The notes beneath the pieces are model-generated. The model was not told the DNA's origin and made no database searches. It was given only the letters and a program-made list of their open reading frames with translations. A DNA stretch of 64,000 nucleotides, taken from assembly GCA_014384285.1 (NCBI GenBank), contig JACNGE010000011.1, forward strand, positions 20,617-84,616, read 5' to 3'. The DNA comes from Actinomycetota bacterium. Its GTDB lineage: Bacteria > Actinomycetota > Acidimicrobiia > Actinomarinales > Actinomarinaceae. Made by a program: the position numbers and the translations under genes. This document shows, one piece after another, positions 19,157 to 29,852 of the stretch. Positions within the stretch are counted from its first letter, which is position 1; every line of letters begins with the position of its first letter.

Positions 19157-20118
19157 TTACGAATAGTTTTATATAGCGTTTCTTTCCACTCACTACTATT
19201 AATCTCCCAAATAACATTTATATTTCTTTTTGTATGGCTCCAATGCTCGTCAATATGGGGATCGCTCTCACCAACATGTAGTTGATCAACGATTGTCATC
19301 CCTCTAGCTGGACCATCAATTACAACTTGTACATTGTGTCTTGAAGCTTTTGTAGTTACCTCTGGGTTTAGAGCTACTGCCATGGCTACTGGATCTGGTA
19401 ATCCAAGACCAGGATCACCTAACCAATTTTGACTTGAATCAAGAGCATGTTTGTTACAATCAATAGTGAAGTCTGCTTTTTCTGTCTTAAAACTATACGC
19501 TAAATCCATTTCCTCTTCTGTTAAATTTGCTTCGCCCCTACAAAGTTCCCAACCAACCATTGTTATGTCATGATGATTAGACTTAAAAACAGTGTCTGCT
19601 GCTTCAGGGTCACACCATATGTTGTACTCTGCTGCTGGGGTTACATTCCCAACTGTATTAGAAGCACCTCCCATAATGACAATGTTTTTTAACTTTAAAA
19701 AAGACTCTGGATACTTTTTTATAAAATTTGATATGTTTGTTAGTGGCCCAAGCGTAACTAGTGTTATCTCATCAGGATTTTCAATAATGTGATTATTTAA
19801 AACCTCTATAAAGTCCTTGTCTGTTTCTTTAAGTTTTGGTGCAGGATAATTCATGTTGCCCATTCCGTCAGGTCCATGGAACCAATCGGCATGCTCTCTT
19901 TTTTTTACTAGAGGCGCGTCTGCCCCAACGTAAACAGGAACATCTTTCTTGCAAAGCTCAACGGTATACCTTGCATTAATACTTCCCTGCTCGACTGACA
20001 TATTTCCTGAAACAATGCTAATTCCCAAAACTTCAACATCATCCCATTCAAGAGCCATTAATAATGCAACCGCATCATCGGATGCAGTATCTGTATCGAT
20101 AAAATATTTATTTTTCAT
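19153..20118 (-). CDS. Nucleoside hydrolase (IU-NH family)
   Basis: DTDTASDD Ca-binding motif, TLGPLTN, AEYNIWCDPEAA. Confidence 0.92.
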   Translation of the reverse strand: MKNKYFIDTDTASDDAVALLMALEWDDVEVLGISIVSGNMSVEQGSINARYTVELCKKDVPVYVGADAPLVKKREHADWFHGPDGMGNMNYPAPKLKETDKDFIEVLNNHIIENPDEITLVTLGPLTNISNFIKKYPESFLKLKNIVIMGGASNTVGNVTPAAEYNIWCDPEAADTVFKSNHHDITMVGWELCRGEANLTEEEMDLAYSFKTEKADFTIDCNKHALDSSQNWLGDPGLGLPDPVAMAVALNPEVTTKASRHNVQVVIDGPARGMTIVDQLHVGESDPHIDEHWSHTKRNINVIWEINSSEWKETLYKTIRN

Positions 20119-20186
20119 ATGCTATAAAGGATATCAAAAGTAACTAAAAGATTCTTTTAAATTAATAACTAGTTTTAGAGTCTAGA

Positions 20187-21044
20187 TTATCGACTATTTG
20201 CTTTTTTTAAATTTATAAAATTTGCAAAAATGATTAAGGCTGCACCAAAGTAAATAAAAATATCACCCTGTTCTGAATAAAATAGTACCCCTATTGAGAC
20301 AACAATCGGTAACCTTAATAAGTCGATTGGGGCAACTACTGTTGGGGGTGCAAGTGATAAAGCTGTTGTTATACAATAGTGGGCACCTAAACCAGCAAAT
20401 CCAATTACTACAATCCATGCTATATTTTCGTTCGTTGGTATATCTAACTTTCCATCTAGAAGAGATGTGATTAAACCAAATATTAACTGGATCGTGGTTA
20501 AGAAGAATAGAATAGTTAGAGTTGACTCAGTTCTTGTGAGTCTTCTTGTGTAAATATTCGTTAGTGCAAAGACAATTGCAGAGATTGCTGCAGCAACTAA
20601 TCCTAGATTAATCCTTTCAATATCTGGTCTTACCGTAATTAATACACCAATAAACCCAATAAACACAGACAATATTTTATATTTATCCAGTTGCTCATTA
20701 AGCATTAAGTATGAAAACAAAACTATCCAAATAGGCATTGTAAATTCTAGTGAAGTTACTTCAGCAAGAGTGATTGATGCCAATGCATAGAGCCAAAGAT
20801 TCTGACCAGTAAAATGAAAAATATTCCTTTTAAGGTGTGTTCTTATCTCTTTTAAGTTAACTTCGTGGAGTAAGTCCTTCTTTATTAGAAAAAATAAAAT
20901 AATAGATACACCTATTACACTTCTATAAAATAAAATTTCAAAAGTATCTATTTGGAGTGAAATCTCTTTTCCAGCAACTGCCATCGAGGTGAGAAAAAAA
21001 ACTCCACCAACCATCCATAAAGAGCCCTTTATTGTATCAGTCAT
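20187..21044 (-). CDS. DMT/EamA family transporter
   Basis: Multi-TM, FT.P, LNE, GF.GVLI..RP pattern. Confidence 0.85.
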   Translation of the reverse strand: MTDTIKGSLWMVGGVFFLTSMAVAGKEISLQIDTFEILFYRSVIGVSIILFFLIKKDLLHEVNLKEIRTHLKRNIFHFTGQNLWLYALASITLAEVTSLEFTMPIWIVLFSYLMLNEQLDKYKILSVFIGFIGVLITVRPDIERINLGLVAAAISAIVFALTNIYTRRLTRTESTLTILFFLTTIQLIFGLITSLLDGKLDIPTNENIAWIVVIGFAGLGAHYCITTALSLAPPTVVAPIDLLRLPIVVSIGVLFYSEQGDIFIYFGAALIIFANFINLKKANSR

Positions 21045-21156
21045 TGGCTACAGATTTGCATCAGTTTATCAAAACTACATAAGTTGCTCTTAGTTCGAAT
21101 TCTACGGACCATTACACACACCATAATCGTATACAAACTCTTAAGTGAATGATCAC

Positions 21157-21744
21157 CTATAAACTTCCACAATATTTTCTTAAAACGCCTGTGGGATAAC
21201 TGTCGCTGACAACAAAATCGGGATCTGGTGTTAGGGTGTTCTGAGATTTTGAAGATAAAAGGTCTCTGTATTCATCAGAAGTTCTCCAGAATTTAATACT
21301 GTACTCTTGATTTTCATCCCACCATTGAACTTCATCTTGAATGGTCCAGTTATTTCCGATTGAAACTAAGTGTTTTTCAAGAGCTGTATTAGCATTTTTC
21401 GAATCTTCGAAATTTCCATAAAAGCCATTGATTAGACTTTGTAAATCTAAATTATTAATTTCATAGTTGGTAAGAATACTATCTAGGCCATTAAGTCCTA
21501 TTTTGTTAATTCTTAAAGCTTCATACACATAATCTAGTTTTGTAGCGTCGACGTAAGAGTATGTTTTATATATTTCACTTTCGTATGCTTCAATCTGAAT
21601 TACATCAAATATTTTTTCAATCTCATCAGCTAGCTCAATACAGTTATTTATTTTATTATCACTATCTGAAATTGTGTTTGTTGTACAGAAACTAAAAAAA
21701 ATTGAAAGTATTAATACTTTATGAATCAATTTTTTCTTTAACAT
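21157..21744 (-). CDS. Hypothetical secreted/lipoprotein
   Basis: Signal-like N-terminus ending FSFC, polar body. Confidence 0.55.
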   Translation of the reverse strand: MLKKKLIHKVLILSIFFSFCTTNTISDSDNKINNCIELADEIEKIFDVIQIEAYESEIYKTYSYVDATKLDYVYEALRINKIGLNGLDSILTNYEINNLDLQSLINGFYGNFEDSKNANTALEKHLVSIGNNWTIQDEVQWWDENQEYSIKFWRTSDEYRDLLSSKSQNTLTPDPDFVVSDSYPTGVLRKYCGSL

Positions 21745-22909
21745 GCCATCCTTTATTGAATGGTATTAGAAAAAGAGGGATAATCGTAAATATTAAGAAA
21801 AGATTTTTTGCGTTATCCAACGAATAATACTCAATCATATATCCAAAAAGACTTGATCCTAAAGCGATTCCAAATCCTACAGAACTAGCCAACCACGAAT
21901 ATGCTTCAGTCAAAACACTACTTTTTGTTACGTTTGATACATAACTGTTTGCAAGTAAAAATATCGGACCTATACCTAGACCGCAAAGAAAGCCTGAGGC
22001 TAAAAATAAATTTTTTGTGTCAAAAAAGAAAAATGTTGATACTGATAAAGCTAGATATATAAAAACAATATTGTAATTTTTTAAATTTTTAGTATTACTG
22101 AAATAATATCCGTAAAATAACGCGCTAAAAAGTGCTGTTGATCCATTAACTAGATAATAAAATGCGGTTAAATTTTTAATACTCTCTATATCTTCCTTCG
22201 CGACAACGTAAATAGAGATAGAACTCAATGATGCACCTACAAATATTAATGTTGTCAGTAGTGGTAGTTTATTTTTAGAGATCCATATAGATGTTTTTTC
22301 ATTTATTGAACTTGGTATATTGGCAATTTCGATTGACCTAGAAAACACAACTCCTATAGTCCCTATTACCGAGCTTACGATTGCTATGTAGAGAGCAATT
22401 ATGGGATTTAAATAATTTGATACTGTTGCAAAAACAGATGGACCTACTAAGAAGTTGAGTTCATCAATTGAAGACTCTATAGCTTGAACTTTTTGATTAT
22501 CTGTTTCTTCAGTGATTGCTTTCCAATTTCTTCTTGTATACGCACCAACGGCTGGAACCGTAATCCCAAGAAATACAGATAAAAAAATGTATACTATGTC
22601 TTTATCAAATTCTCCAATAGTTATTAAAAATGAACTAAAAACAAATCCAGTAAGTAAAAAACTTACAACCTTTCTTTGGCCAATTTTGTCTACAAGCCTT
22701 CCATTCAGAGGTTGGATTAATGCATTAGAGATACTGAAGCCAGCTGCCATAGCTCCACCAACTGCATAAGAACCCGTCTTATAATTTCCAAATATGACCA
22801 TACCTACCTGAAGCATTGAATAAGGTGCCCTCCCAAGGTATCCAAAAAATATTAGATTTTTTGCACCTTTAAGATTTATAAGAGTTTTATAAGTAGATTC
22901 TTTGAACAC
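21719..22909 (-). CDS. MFS transporter
   Basis: GRLVDKIGQR motif A, DELNFLVGP, about 12 TM. Confidence 0.85.
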   Translation of the reverse strand: MFKESTYKTLINLKGAKNLIFFGYLGRAPYSMLQVGMVIFGNYKTGSYAVGGAMAAGFSISNALIQPLNGRLVDKIGQRKVVSFLLTGFVFSSFLITIGEFDKDIVYIFLSVFLGITVPAVGAYTRRNWKAITEETDNQKVQAIESSIDELNFLVGPSVFATVSNYLNPIIALYIAIVSSVIGTIGVVFSRSIEIANIPSSINEKTSIWISKNKLPLLTTLIFVGASLSSISIYVVAKEDIESIKNLTAFYYLVNGSTALFSALFYGYYFSNTKNLKNYNIVFIYLALSVSTFFFFDTKNLFLASGFLCGLGIGPIFLLANSYVSNVTKSSVLTEAYSWLASSVGFGIALGSSLFGYMIEYYSLDNAKNLFLIFTIIPLFLIPFNKGWHVKEKIDS

Positions 22910-22954
22910 TTATACATTGTTGTACGCTTTTCGATTTAGATGTGATTTAAAATA

Positions 22955-23941
22955 TCACCTTAAAGATTTTCTTAATAAATTCATAAATTTATCTTTATCT
23001 GACTTTGTTACAACTCTTATATTCTGATTTTTTTCTTCTACATTGAAATAATCGACTATTGTTTGTCCTCTAGTAATCCCATCTCTGGTGTCAACTATTA
23101 CATGTAGCTGCTCAGAATCTTCAATAATTGAATTATCTAAAGCAATAGCCATAGTGATGGGATCTGGTAAATCAAATCCATGAAAACCATATGTTGTAAA
23201 AGTTAGATCAATAAGTGTTTTTTGAATATCAACTGAAAAATCAGCTAACTTACTTTTTAGAGATCTTAAATCTTCAATCTCATCTTCTTTAAGCATCGCA
23301 TATTTATAGGAATTGTCCCAACCAACCATTGTTATATTCATACCTGAGTCAAAACATATTTTTGCAGCTTCTGGATCCACCCAGATGTTATATTCAGCTG
23401 CAGCTGATACATTACCTGTCCCATCAGAAGTTCCGCCCATTACATAACAATGTTTTATTTTTTTTGATATTGATGAATCTTTCTGAATAGCTAGAGCAAT
23501 ATTTGTGAGTGGTCCGAGAGTTACAAGAGTTATATCATTAAGATTTTCGTTAATTGTATCTATTATAAAATCTATTGCATTTTTTTCTTCATACTCTTCC
23601 GTTGAAGACTTTATACCTATATCACCCATTCCATCTATACCATGAACACACTGACCGCTTGCAGAGCTAGATTTTAATGATTTTACATGCTCCATAAATT
23701 TCTCTAATACATATACCTCCTCGTAATCTCTTGTTAAAGGTTTGTCTGCGCCGGCAAATACTTTTACTTTTTTTTCAGTCATATCGATGGTTGAAATAGT
23801 ATTTTTAATTCCCTGTTGTAACGGAACATTTCCTGATACAACTGATATTCCTAAGATTTCAATTGAAGGATCTTGGAGTGCTAACAATATAGCTACAGCA
23901 TCATCTGATCCCGTATCTGCATCTATTATAAACTTTTTCAA
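22955..23941 (-). CDS. Nucleoside hydrolase (IU-NH family), possible QueK-like
   Basis: DADTGSDD, TLGPLTN, AEYNIWVDPEAA; directly downstream of Qng1-like gene. Confidence 0.92.
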   Translation of the reverse strand: MKKFIIDADTGSDDAVAILLALQDPSIEILGISVVSGNVPLQQGIKNTISTIDMTEKKVKVFAGADKPLTRDYEEVYVLEKFMEHVKSLKSSSASGQCVHGIDGMGDIGIKSSTEEYEEKNAIDFIIDTINENLNDITLVTLGPLTNIALAIQKDSSISKKIKHCYVMGGTSDGTGNVSAAAEYNIWVDPEAAKICFDSGMNITMVGWDNSYKYAMLKEDEIEDLRSLKSKLADFSVDIQKTLIDLTFTTYGFHGFDLPDPITMAIALDNSIIEDSEQLHVIVDTRDGITRGQTIVDYFNVEEKNQNIRVVTKSDKDKFMNLLRKSLR

Positions 23942-23942
23942 A

Positions 23943-24926
23943 TTAGTACATCGTTGTAACAGTTAGGTGATGAGGTCTGTGGGTAGCATGATATTGTTTC
24001 CATAATCTGTAATCAAGTTGGGGGATTATTATTTGTTTATCTAACGGTCTTCTTTTATTAACCTCTTCAGTAAGTTTTGCTGTTGTGTATAAACTTACAG
24101 CTCTAATTTCGACCTCTTCTCGGGAATCCCTCTCTATTAGCTCACCATTCATAATTTTATTATTTAATGTTTCTGAATATGTAATAATTTTCATTACTTC
24201 TAGCGCAACAGGTACAATGTAATCTGCAAATGCGCTCATTTTATGCATATCTTCAACCACAAAATGGCCCGCTCCAGAGAGTTCTCCATGAATTCCCCAA
24301 AAGGCCAACTGAGCTAACTTATAAAAATGGACTTCATGTCCATCTTCAAGAATTGTTTTATCATCAAATCTTGGGAATTCAGTAATTAATCTTTCAATTA
24401 AACCCTCGCCATTACTGTACAATTTCTTGGGGCCTTGATTTATAAAGTTAATCCAATCACCTTTATATTCAGAGGATAACTTTTCTCCGACCTCATTTAA
24501 TATTTCTAACCTTTCACTCATCATTGGCATTTCAATATTTCCAGAAAATATTTTATTCAATTCGTCCATGTCTAAAGATGAAAGTACCCCGCCATCATAA
24601 AGCTTTATACCAGATGCAAGAGCCTCATTTATCTGCGTAAACATAGCCTCACTATCTGAAAAAATATATCCATCCCGTTCAATTTCATATTTAATACTCT
24701 TTTCAAAGTCTGTAAAAGCAAAATTAAGAATATTTATAAGAAGTGTTGTTCTAATTACTTCCTCAGGATTTTTTTTTGTTTTATTATTTTGAGGAGATGG
24801 AAATTCTTCATATGCAAGCCAATCGGCAACATTTTCAATTTCTTGATTGTTTATTTGAATTTCTCTAAGATTGTTGATAACAGGATTAAGAGAACTTAAT
24901 ACTTTTGCATCCCAATCAATATCCAT
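23943..24926 (-). CDS. Queuosine salvage protein (DUF2419/Qng1, queuosine 5'-phosphate N-glycosylase family)
   Basis: LNFAF, FP.F.D, FYKLAQL, FADY.VP..L, EVEIRA, LDY.LW match the DUF2419 family; start moved to ATG 24926. Confidence 0.8.
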   Translation of the reverse strand: MDIDWDAKVLSSLNPVINNLREIQINNQEIENVADWLAYEEFPSPQNNKTKKNPEEVIRTTLLINILNFAFTDFEKSIKYEIERDGYIFSDSEAMFTQINEALASGIKLYDGGVLSSLDMDELNKIFSGNIEMPMMSERLEILNEVGEKLSSEYKGDWINFINQGPKKLYSNGEGLIERLITEFPRFDDKTILEDGHEVHFYKLAQLAFWGIHGELSGAGHFVVEDMHKMSAFADYIVPVALEVMKIITYSETLNNKIMNGELIERDSREEVEIRAVSLYTTAKLTEEVNKRRPLDKQIIIPQLDYRLWKQYHATHRPHHLTVTTMY

Positions 24927-24972
24927 ATTTAAAATCATACTAGAAATGATTCTCAGATGGGGATATAATCTA

Positions 24973-25848
24973 ATGATGAATCCTAAAATATGTGTGGTTG
25001 GAAGCTCCAACATTGACCAAATTTCCTATGTAGAAACGATACCCTCAGACGGAGAAACTGTTTTTGGTAATTCTTATCAGATGGGTTTTGGCGGCAAGGG
25101 TGCTAATCAGGCAGTGATGGCTGGACTGTTAGGTGCCGAGACTTTCATGATTACCTGCCTTGGTGATGATATTTATGCAGATATGACAATTGACAATTAC
25201 ATCAAATGTGGTGTGAATGTGGAGCATGTTCAAAGGGTAGATGGTTCAAGTGGCGTTGCGCCAATTTGGGTCGACAAATCTGGACAAAATAGAATAATTG
25301 TAGTTTCTGGAGCAAATGAGAAAATTGATGCGAAAAAAGCTGCTTCCTCATTACTGGAAATAGAAGATTTAAATGTATTAATAGGCCAATTTGAAATACC
25401 TATGAGTGTTACACAGGAGGTATTTTCAGTTGCAAAGAATAATGGTATTAAAACAATACTTAATCCAGCACCCGCAAAAATTCCCTCAGATGAATTAATG
25501 CAACTAACCGATTGGTTTGTCCCAAATGAAGTAGAGTTCTCAACAATTACGGGAACAGATGCTTATAACGATGACAACTTAATCTCATATGCAAATACAA
25601 TTTCATCTAATCTAATTGTTACCCTTGGGGGAAATGGAGCAGCACTTGTTTCAGAAAATTCAGTAGTAAAAATATCAGCTCCAAATGTTTCTGCTGTTGA
25701 CACGACTGGTGCGGGTGATGCATTTGTTGGTGCCTTTGCTTTTGGGTTAGCATCAGGAGAGTCTCCAGAAGAATCAATATCTCTAGGTGTTAAAAAAGCA
25801 AGTGACTCCGTTACAAGAGCTGGGACACAATCTTCATACAAGGCTTAA
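24973..25848 (+). CDS. rbsK: Ribokinase
   Basis: VVGSSNID, GGKGANQA, NPAP, PNEVE, DTTGAGDAF; start moved to MMNPK. Confidence 0.93.
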   Translation: MMNPKICVVGSSNIDQISYVETIPSDGETVFGNSYQMGFGGKGANQAVMAGLLGAETFMITCLGDDIYADMTIDNYIKCGVNVEHVQRVDGSSGVAPIWVDKSGQNRIIVVSGANEKIDAKKAASSLLEIEDLNVLIGQFEIPMSVTQEVFSVAKNNGIKTILNPAPAKIPSDELMQLTDWFVPNEVEFSTITGTDAYNDDNLISYANTISSNLIVTLGGNGAALVSENSVVKISAPNVSAVDTTGAGDAFVGAFAFGLASGESPEESISLGVKKASDSVTRAGTQSSYKA

Positions 25849-25854
25849 ATTAAG

Positions 25855-26127
25855 ATGGTAGTAGTTCCTCTAAGTCAGCAGTACATCATACTTTTAGCAC
25901 TTGTAGGTATCTTTATTGTGTTTTTGATAGAAGATAGAAGATTAAAAAATAAAAATCACATATTAAATAAAATTTTTCACTATTTTCCTAATTACAATAG
26001 TGATTTACGTGTTGGATTTTCTCTTATAACAATTTCTGCAATTTGTGCTATTTTCGGGGTTTATCTATACACTTCATTAGTAGTTTTAGCTGGAGGGCTC
26101 ATTTTCCTTTACAAGGGAAGAAATTAA
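25855..26127 (+). CDS. Small membrane protein
   Basis: Three hydrophobic segments; follows rbsK. Confidence 0.55.
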   Translation: MVVVPLSQQYIILLALVGIFIVFLIEDRRLKNKNHILNKIFHYFPNYNSDLRVGFSLITISAICAIFGVYLYTSLVVLAGGLIFLYKGRN

Positions 26128-27398
26128 GAATCTTTAAGCCAGAATCTAACTTTTGGTAATACGGGGTCTATTAATTTAAAAATAACTATTCCAACCCCTA
26201 TAGTTGCTGAACTCATGGAAAGTATCAAGATTAATGAGACAACACTGTATGAGTTAAAAAAACCTACTAATAGTGGGACAATAATGAATATGGGTACTCT
26301 GAAAGCAGTGAGCATTGCGTTAGTATTTCCAGCATCACCAACATCTCCGAGCTCTACTGCTAAGTTACTCTGTGATGTATTAAAGATGCCGAGACCTAGG
26401 CCCGCAAATATAAATATAAGATTCTGAAAGTTTGAGCCGCCATAAATAAAGATTGCGCTTGCTGCAAAATGCATACTAAGTCCAAGTATGTATGTGTACT
26501 TAAACCCAATTCTGATTCCTATAATTGGAACAAAAAAACTTCCTATGCTTTGACTTAATAATAAAAGTGTCACCCACATACCTAATCTATTTGTTGGTAT
26601 GTCGTAAAAGCTAATTAACCAAATACTAAAAAATGGAGTGATTGCCTCAGGTATAGCACTAAAAAAATTTGATAAAGATACTGCCTTAAGACCTGTATTA
26701 TTTTTATATATATGTTTCCACATATTCAATTGGTCTCTTAAAGCTACAATTGAAATTTTTGTACTTGACTTAGAACCCGTTTGAGGTTCTCGTATTAATA
26801 AAAGGGGAATCATTGAAATACTCGTGATCCCTATCACCAACATTAATCCAGATAGATAGCCCTCTATTAAGCCACTTTCAGCAATCCTTAAATCAACATA
26901 TCTTGAAACTAAATATCCTGCAGCAGAACCAAAAGTTAGATTTAGTGCAAAAAATACTGATCTAAATTTATAAAGTACTCGAGATACAAGATCAAAATAT
27001 GAGGGAAGGATGGCTCCAGCGCTAAATACAAAAATTATATAAGCTATCACAAAAAAAATAAATCCCATTTTATATGTTGAGTAATTGCTCAAGGTTAAAG
27101 CTAGAAGTATTATTCCAAATCTCTCACAAATACCCCAAAAAATAACTCCTCTCTTTGAGTCTTGTTCAATATTTCTTCTTGCAGATGTTAAAAATTGTGA
27201 AAAAATTCCTACAGCATAAAAAATAATTACAATCAAAGATGGAGTGTACCACTTATCGGAAATGGTCAACGCAACATCTGGTAGGTAGCTACCTGGAATT
27301 AAGAGTGCAAATGCTGATCCGAAACCAATCGCATCAAAGATAAACATGCAATAATTAAATACATAATTTTTTTTTATAAAATCTTGAGTATTAGCCAA
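26124..27398 (-). CDS. MFS-like transporter
   Basis: About 12 TM; last gene of ECF/phosphorylase operon. Confidence 0.75.
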   Translation of the reverse strand: MANTQDFIKKNYVFNYCMFIFDAIGFGSAFALLIPGSYLPDVALTISDKWYTPSLIVIIFYAVGIFSQFLTSARRNIEQDSKRGVIFWGICERFGIILLALTLSNYSTYKMGFIFFVIAYIIFVFSAGAILPSYFDLVSRVLYKFRSVFFALNLTFGSAAGYLVSRYVDLRIAESGLIEGYLSGLMLVIGITSISMIPLLLIREPQTGSKSSTKISIVALRDQLNMWKHIYKNNTGLKAVSLSNFFSAIPEAITPFFSIWLISFYDIPTNRLGMWVTLLLLSQSIGSFFVPIIGIRIGFKYTYILGLSMHFAASAIFIYGGSNFQNLIFIFAGLGLGIFNTSQSNLAVELGDVGDAGNTNAMLTAFRVPIFIIVPLLVGFFNSYSVVSLILILSMSSATIGVGIVIFKLIDPVLPKVRFWLKDS

Positions 27399-27407
27399 TT
27401 GGTTTTA

Positions 27408-28322
27408 TTACTTTTTGCCAAAAAGTCTTATAGCAAATCCTGCTCCAAAAATTATTGTTAAAAAAGCAATTCCACAAAAGGCTACAATAAAAACTCCTAC
27501 GTTTGGACTAAGAGAAAATCCAGTACTTGGTATAAATGAATTTAAATTAAATTTTGCATACATGCTTAATATAATTGGCGTCAATGCGGAAATTGATAAA
27601 AAAGTATCTCTTTTTGAAAATTCTTTATACCTCATAAGAGTTCTCTCGTTTTTTGAACCGAATGCTCTTGTTTCCAAGCTCATTGATAATTGCTGAACTC
27701 TATCGATAGCTCCAGCAAACACTGGAATTATACTCGGCAAAAGAGCTTTGAAACCTTTAGCTTCCATAGCTCTTGATTTCTGTGCAGATAAAATAATAGA
27801 AAACTCTCTCTGCATTATTGGAATTAATTGCAGAGTTGTTGTAATCATAAAATTTACTGTATAGGGGACTTTAGCTCTTTGTAACGATGCTGATAATTCA
27901 CCTGGGTGGAGAGTCATCAGCATCAAAATTGACCAAGTAACAATGCACAAAATTCTACTACTGAATAACATTCCATAAATTATTGAGTCCGTATAAAGAG
28001 AAAATGGTCCCAATTCAGCTAAATATTGAGGGTTGTCAAAAACTGCAGGTGGAACTATAGACTGCAAAAAAATCATAGCAAAAGTTGCAGGTCCAAAGAC
28101 TACCATTGTTCTTAAGTAGCTAGGAAAAGTTTTTGCAAGGACTACCATAGCTATACCTATGAGAGCAACTCCATAATTTATATATGGATTTTTATTAAAA
28201 AAGCAAAAAAAGACAAAAGACAAAACCCAATAAAATTTAACAAAGGGATGGATTTTGTGAAAAAAAGAATCTCCGGGTACGTAAGCCCCAATTGGTACAC
28301 TAGGCATTGTCTTCCTCCTCAA
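27408..28322 (-). CDS. ecfT: ECF transporter T component
   Basis: Y.PG.S.FH..HP..K, AQKSR and ETRAF (conserved Arg motifs). Confidence 0.9.
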   Translation of the reverse strand: MRRKTMPSVPIGAYVPGDSFFHKIHPFVKFYWVLSFVFFCFFNKNPYINYGVALIGIAMVVLAKTFPSYLRTMVVFGPATFAMIFLQSIVPPAVFDNPQYLAELGPFSLYTDSIIYGMLFSSRILCIVTWSILMLMTLHPGELSASLQRAKVPYTVNFMITTTLQLIPIMQREFSIILSAQKSRAMEAKGFKALLPSIIPVFAGAIDRVQQLSMSLETRAFGSKNERTLMRYKEFSKRDTFLSISALTPIILSMYAKFNLNSFIPSTGFSLSPNVGVFIVAFCGIAFLTIIFGAGFAIRLFGKK

Positions 28323-29088
28323 TTTTTAAACTAGCTTCAAGAATCATTTTTACGGACTCTGACATATTTTTTTGGTATTCATCTTTGGTTAACGATTCTC
28401 CTGTAGCTTGATCGCCCGCAACTAAAAGGACTGCACCTGTACGAAGTCTTCTATATGAACCAACAACGAATAATGTGGCAGCTTCCATTTCTGAACATAA
28501 AACACCGCCTTTAACCCATGCATCCCATTTTTGTAATAATTCTGCAGCTATGGGCATGTCTTCAGGACTATGTTGTCCATAAAAAGAATCCTTCGATTGA
28601 ACAATTCCAACATGATGTGCTAGTTGAGCTTTCAGTGCTGCCTCTTTAAGGGCCATTACCATGTCATGAGAAGCCACTGCAGGAAATTCTATAGGCATAT
28701 ATTGGACTGAAGTACCTTCGAATCTAACTGCGCCTGTGGCTATTACCTTATCTCCGGCTTTTGTATATTCCTGCATTGCACCAGACGTACCCATTCTCAC
28801 TAATGTCTTAGCTCCTATATTTGCAAGTTCTTCAACAGCTATTGCTGTGGAAGGGCAACCTATACCTGTTGAAGTCACTGAAACAGATCTTCCTTTATAT
28901 TTTCCAGTCATTGTTTTATATTCTCTATTGTCAGCTACTAATTCTGCTGTATCAAAGTGATCAGCAATAAATTCTACTCTTCCTGGATCTCCTGGTAAGA
29001 TAACAAAATCTGCAACGTCACCTTTTTTCATCTGAATATGATATTGAATTTCACCTTTTAGGAGCCCACCTTTTTCTTTATTACTCAT
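28300..29088 (-). CDS. udp: Uridine/nucleoside phosphorylase (NP-I family)
   Basis: PGDPGR, NREY, STGIGCPS.AIAVEEL, RMGTSG, SKDSFYGQH, EME. Confidence 0.9.
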   Translation of the reverse strand: MSNKEKGGLLKGEIQYHIQMKKGDVADFVILPGDPGRVEFIADHFDTAELVADNREYKTMTGKYKGRSVSVTSTGIGCPSTAIAVEELANIGAKTLVRMGTSGAMQEYTKAGDKVIATGAVRFEGTSVQYMPIEFPAVASHDMVMALKEAALKAQLAHHVGIVQSKDSFYGQHSPEDMPIAAELLQKWDAWVKGGVLCSEMEAATLFVVGSYRRLRTGAVLLVAGDQATGESLTKDEYQKNMSESVKMILEASLKIEEEDNA

Positions 29089-29821
29089 TTTTTCTATCCT
29101 TTTCCATACTATTTATACCTTCTAGAACCATTTTTGTCATTTTTTTTACAGTTTCTTCATCTGAAACCTCTACAGCTAAAACAGCACTAGCTTTTAATTT
29201 TTTTATTTGAGCTAACGTAAATAAAGTAGCTGCCTCCATTTCAGATGCTCCTACTCCTCCTTTTTGCCAAGCTGTCCATTTGTTGTTGAGATAAGGTGCA
29301 ACTGGCATCCTTTCTGGCTCAACTTCTCCAAAAAATGAATCTTTTGACTGACAAGTCCCGACTTTTGTTTCAATACCTAAATCTTTCGATGCTTTTATTA
29401 GATTTGCAACTAATTCATAATCAGCAACTGCTGGGTATTCAATTGGTATGTACTGTTTTGAAGTTCCATCATCTCTTACTGCACCCGTCGCAATAAAGAT
29501 ATCTCCTTTTTTTACTGTTTTTTCTACTGCTCCTGAGGTACCAATTCTAATAAAAACTTCAGCACCTATATAAGCTAGCTCTTCGACTGCAATCGCTGTT
29601 GAAGGACATCCTATTCCTGTTGAAACTACAGATACATCTGTACCTTTATAGGTTCCTCTTGCAGCATTAAACTCTCTATTACTTCCTTGCATTTCATAAT
29701 CGTCAAATACTGAAGCAATTATTTCTACCCTGTTTGGATCGCCCGGTACTATTACATACCGGGCAACCTCGTCGATCGTTAAGGGTAAGTGTTTAACCTG
29801 CTCAACTTTGTTATTGAACAT
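29081..29821 (-). CDS. Second uridine-phosphorylase-like nucleoside phosphorylase
   Basis: PGDPNR, STGIGCPS, RIGTSG, SKDSFFGE, EME; paralog of the adjacent gene. Confidence 0.88.
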   Translation of the reverse strand: MFNNKVEQVKHLPLTIDEVARYVIVPGDPNRVEIIASVFDDYEMQGSNREFNAARGTYKGTDVSVVSTGIGCPSTAIAVEELAYIGAEVFIRIGTSGAVEKTVKKGDIFIATGAVRDDGTSKQYIPIEYPAVADYELVANLIKASKDLGIETKVGTCQSKDSFFGEVEPERMPVAPYLNNKWTAWQKGGVGASEMEAATLFTLAQIKKLKASAVLAVEVSDEETVKKMTKMVLEGINSMEKDRKNE

Positions 29822-29852
29822 AATTAAATACCTTCGTTTATTCTTTTAGTTT

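Noticed and set aside
21085..21111. tRNA or tRNA 3' fragment (TTAGTTCGAATTCTA...CCA)
   Set aside because: Only a T-loop-like heptamer; no acceptor, D or anticodon arms can be built.
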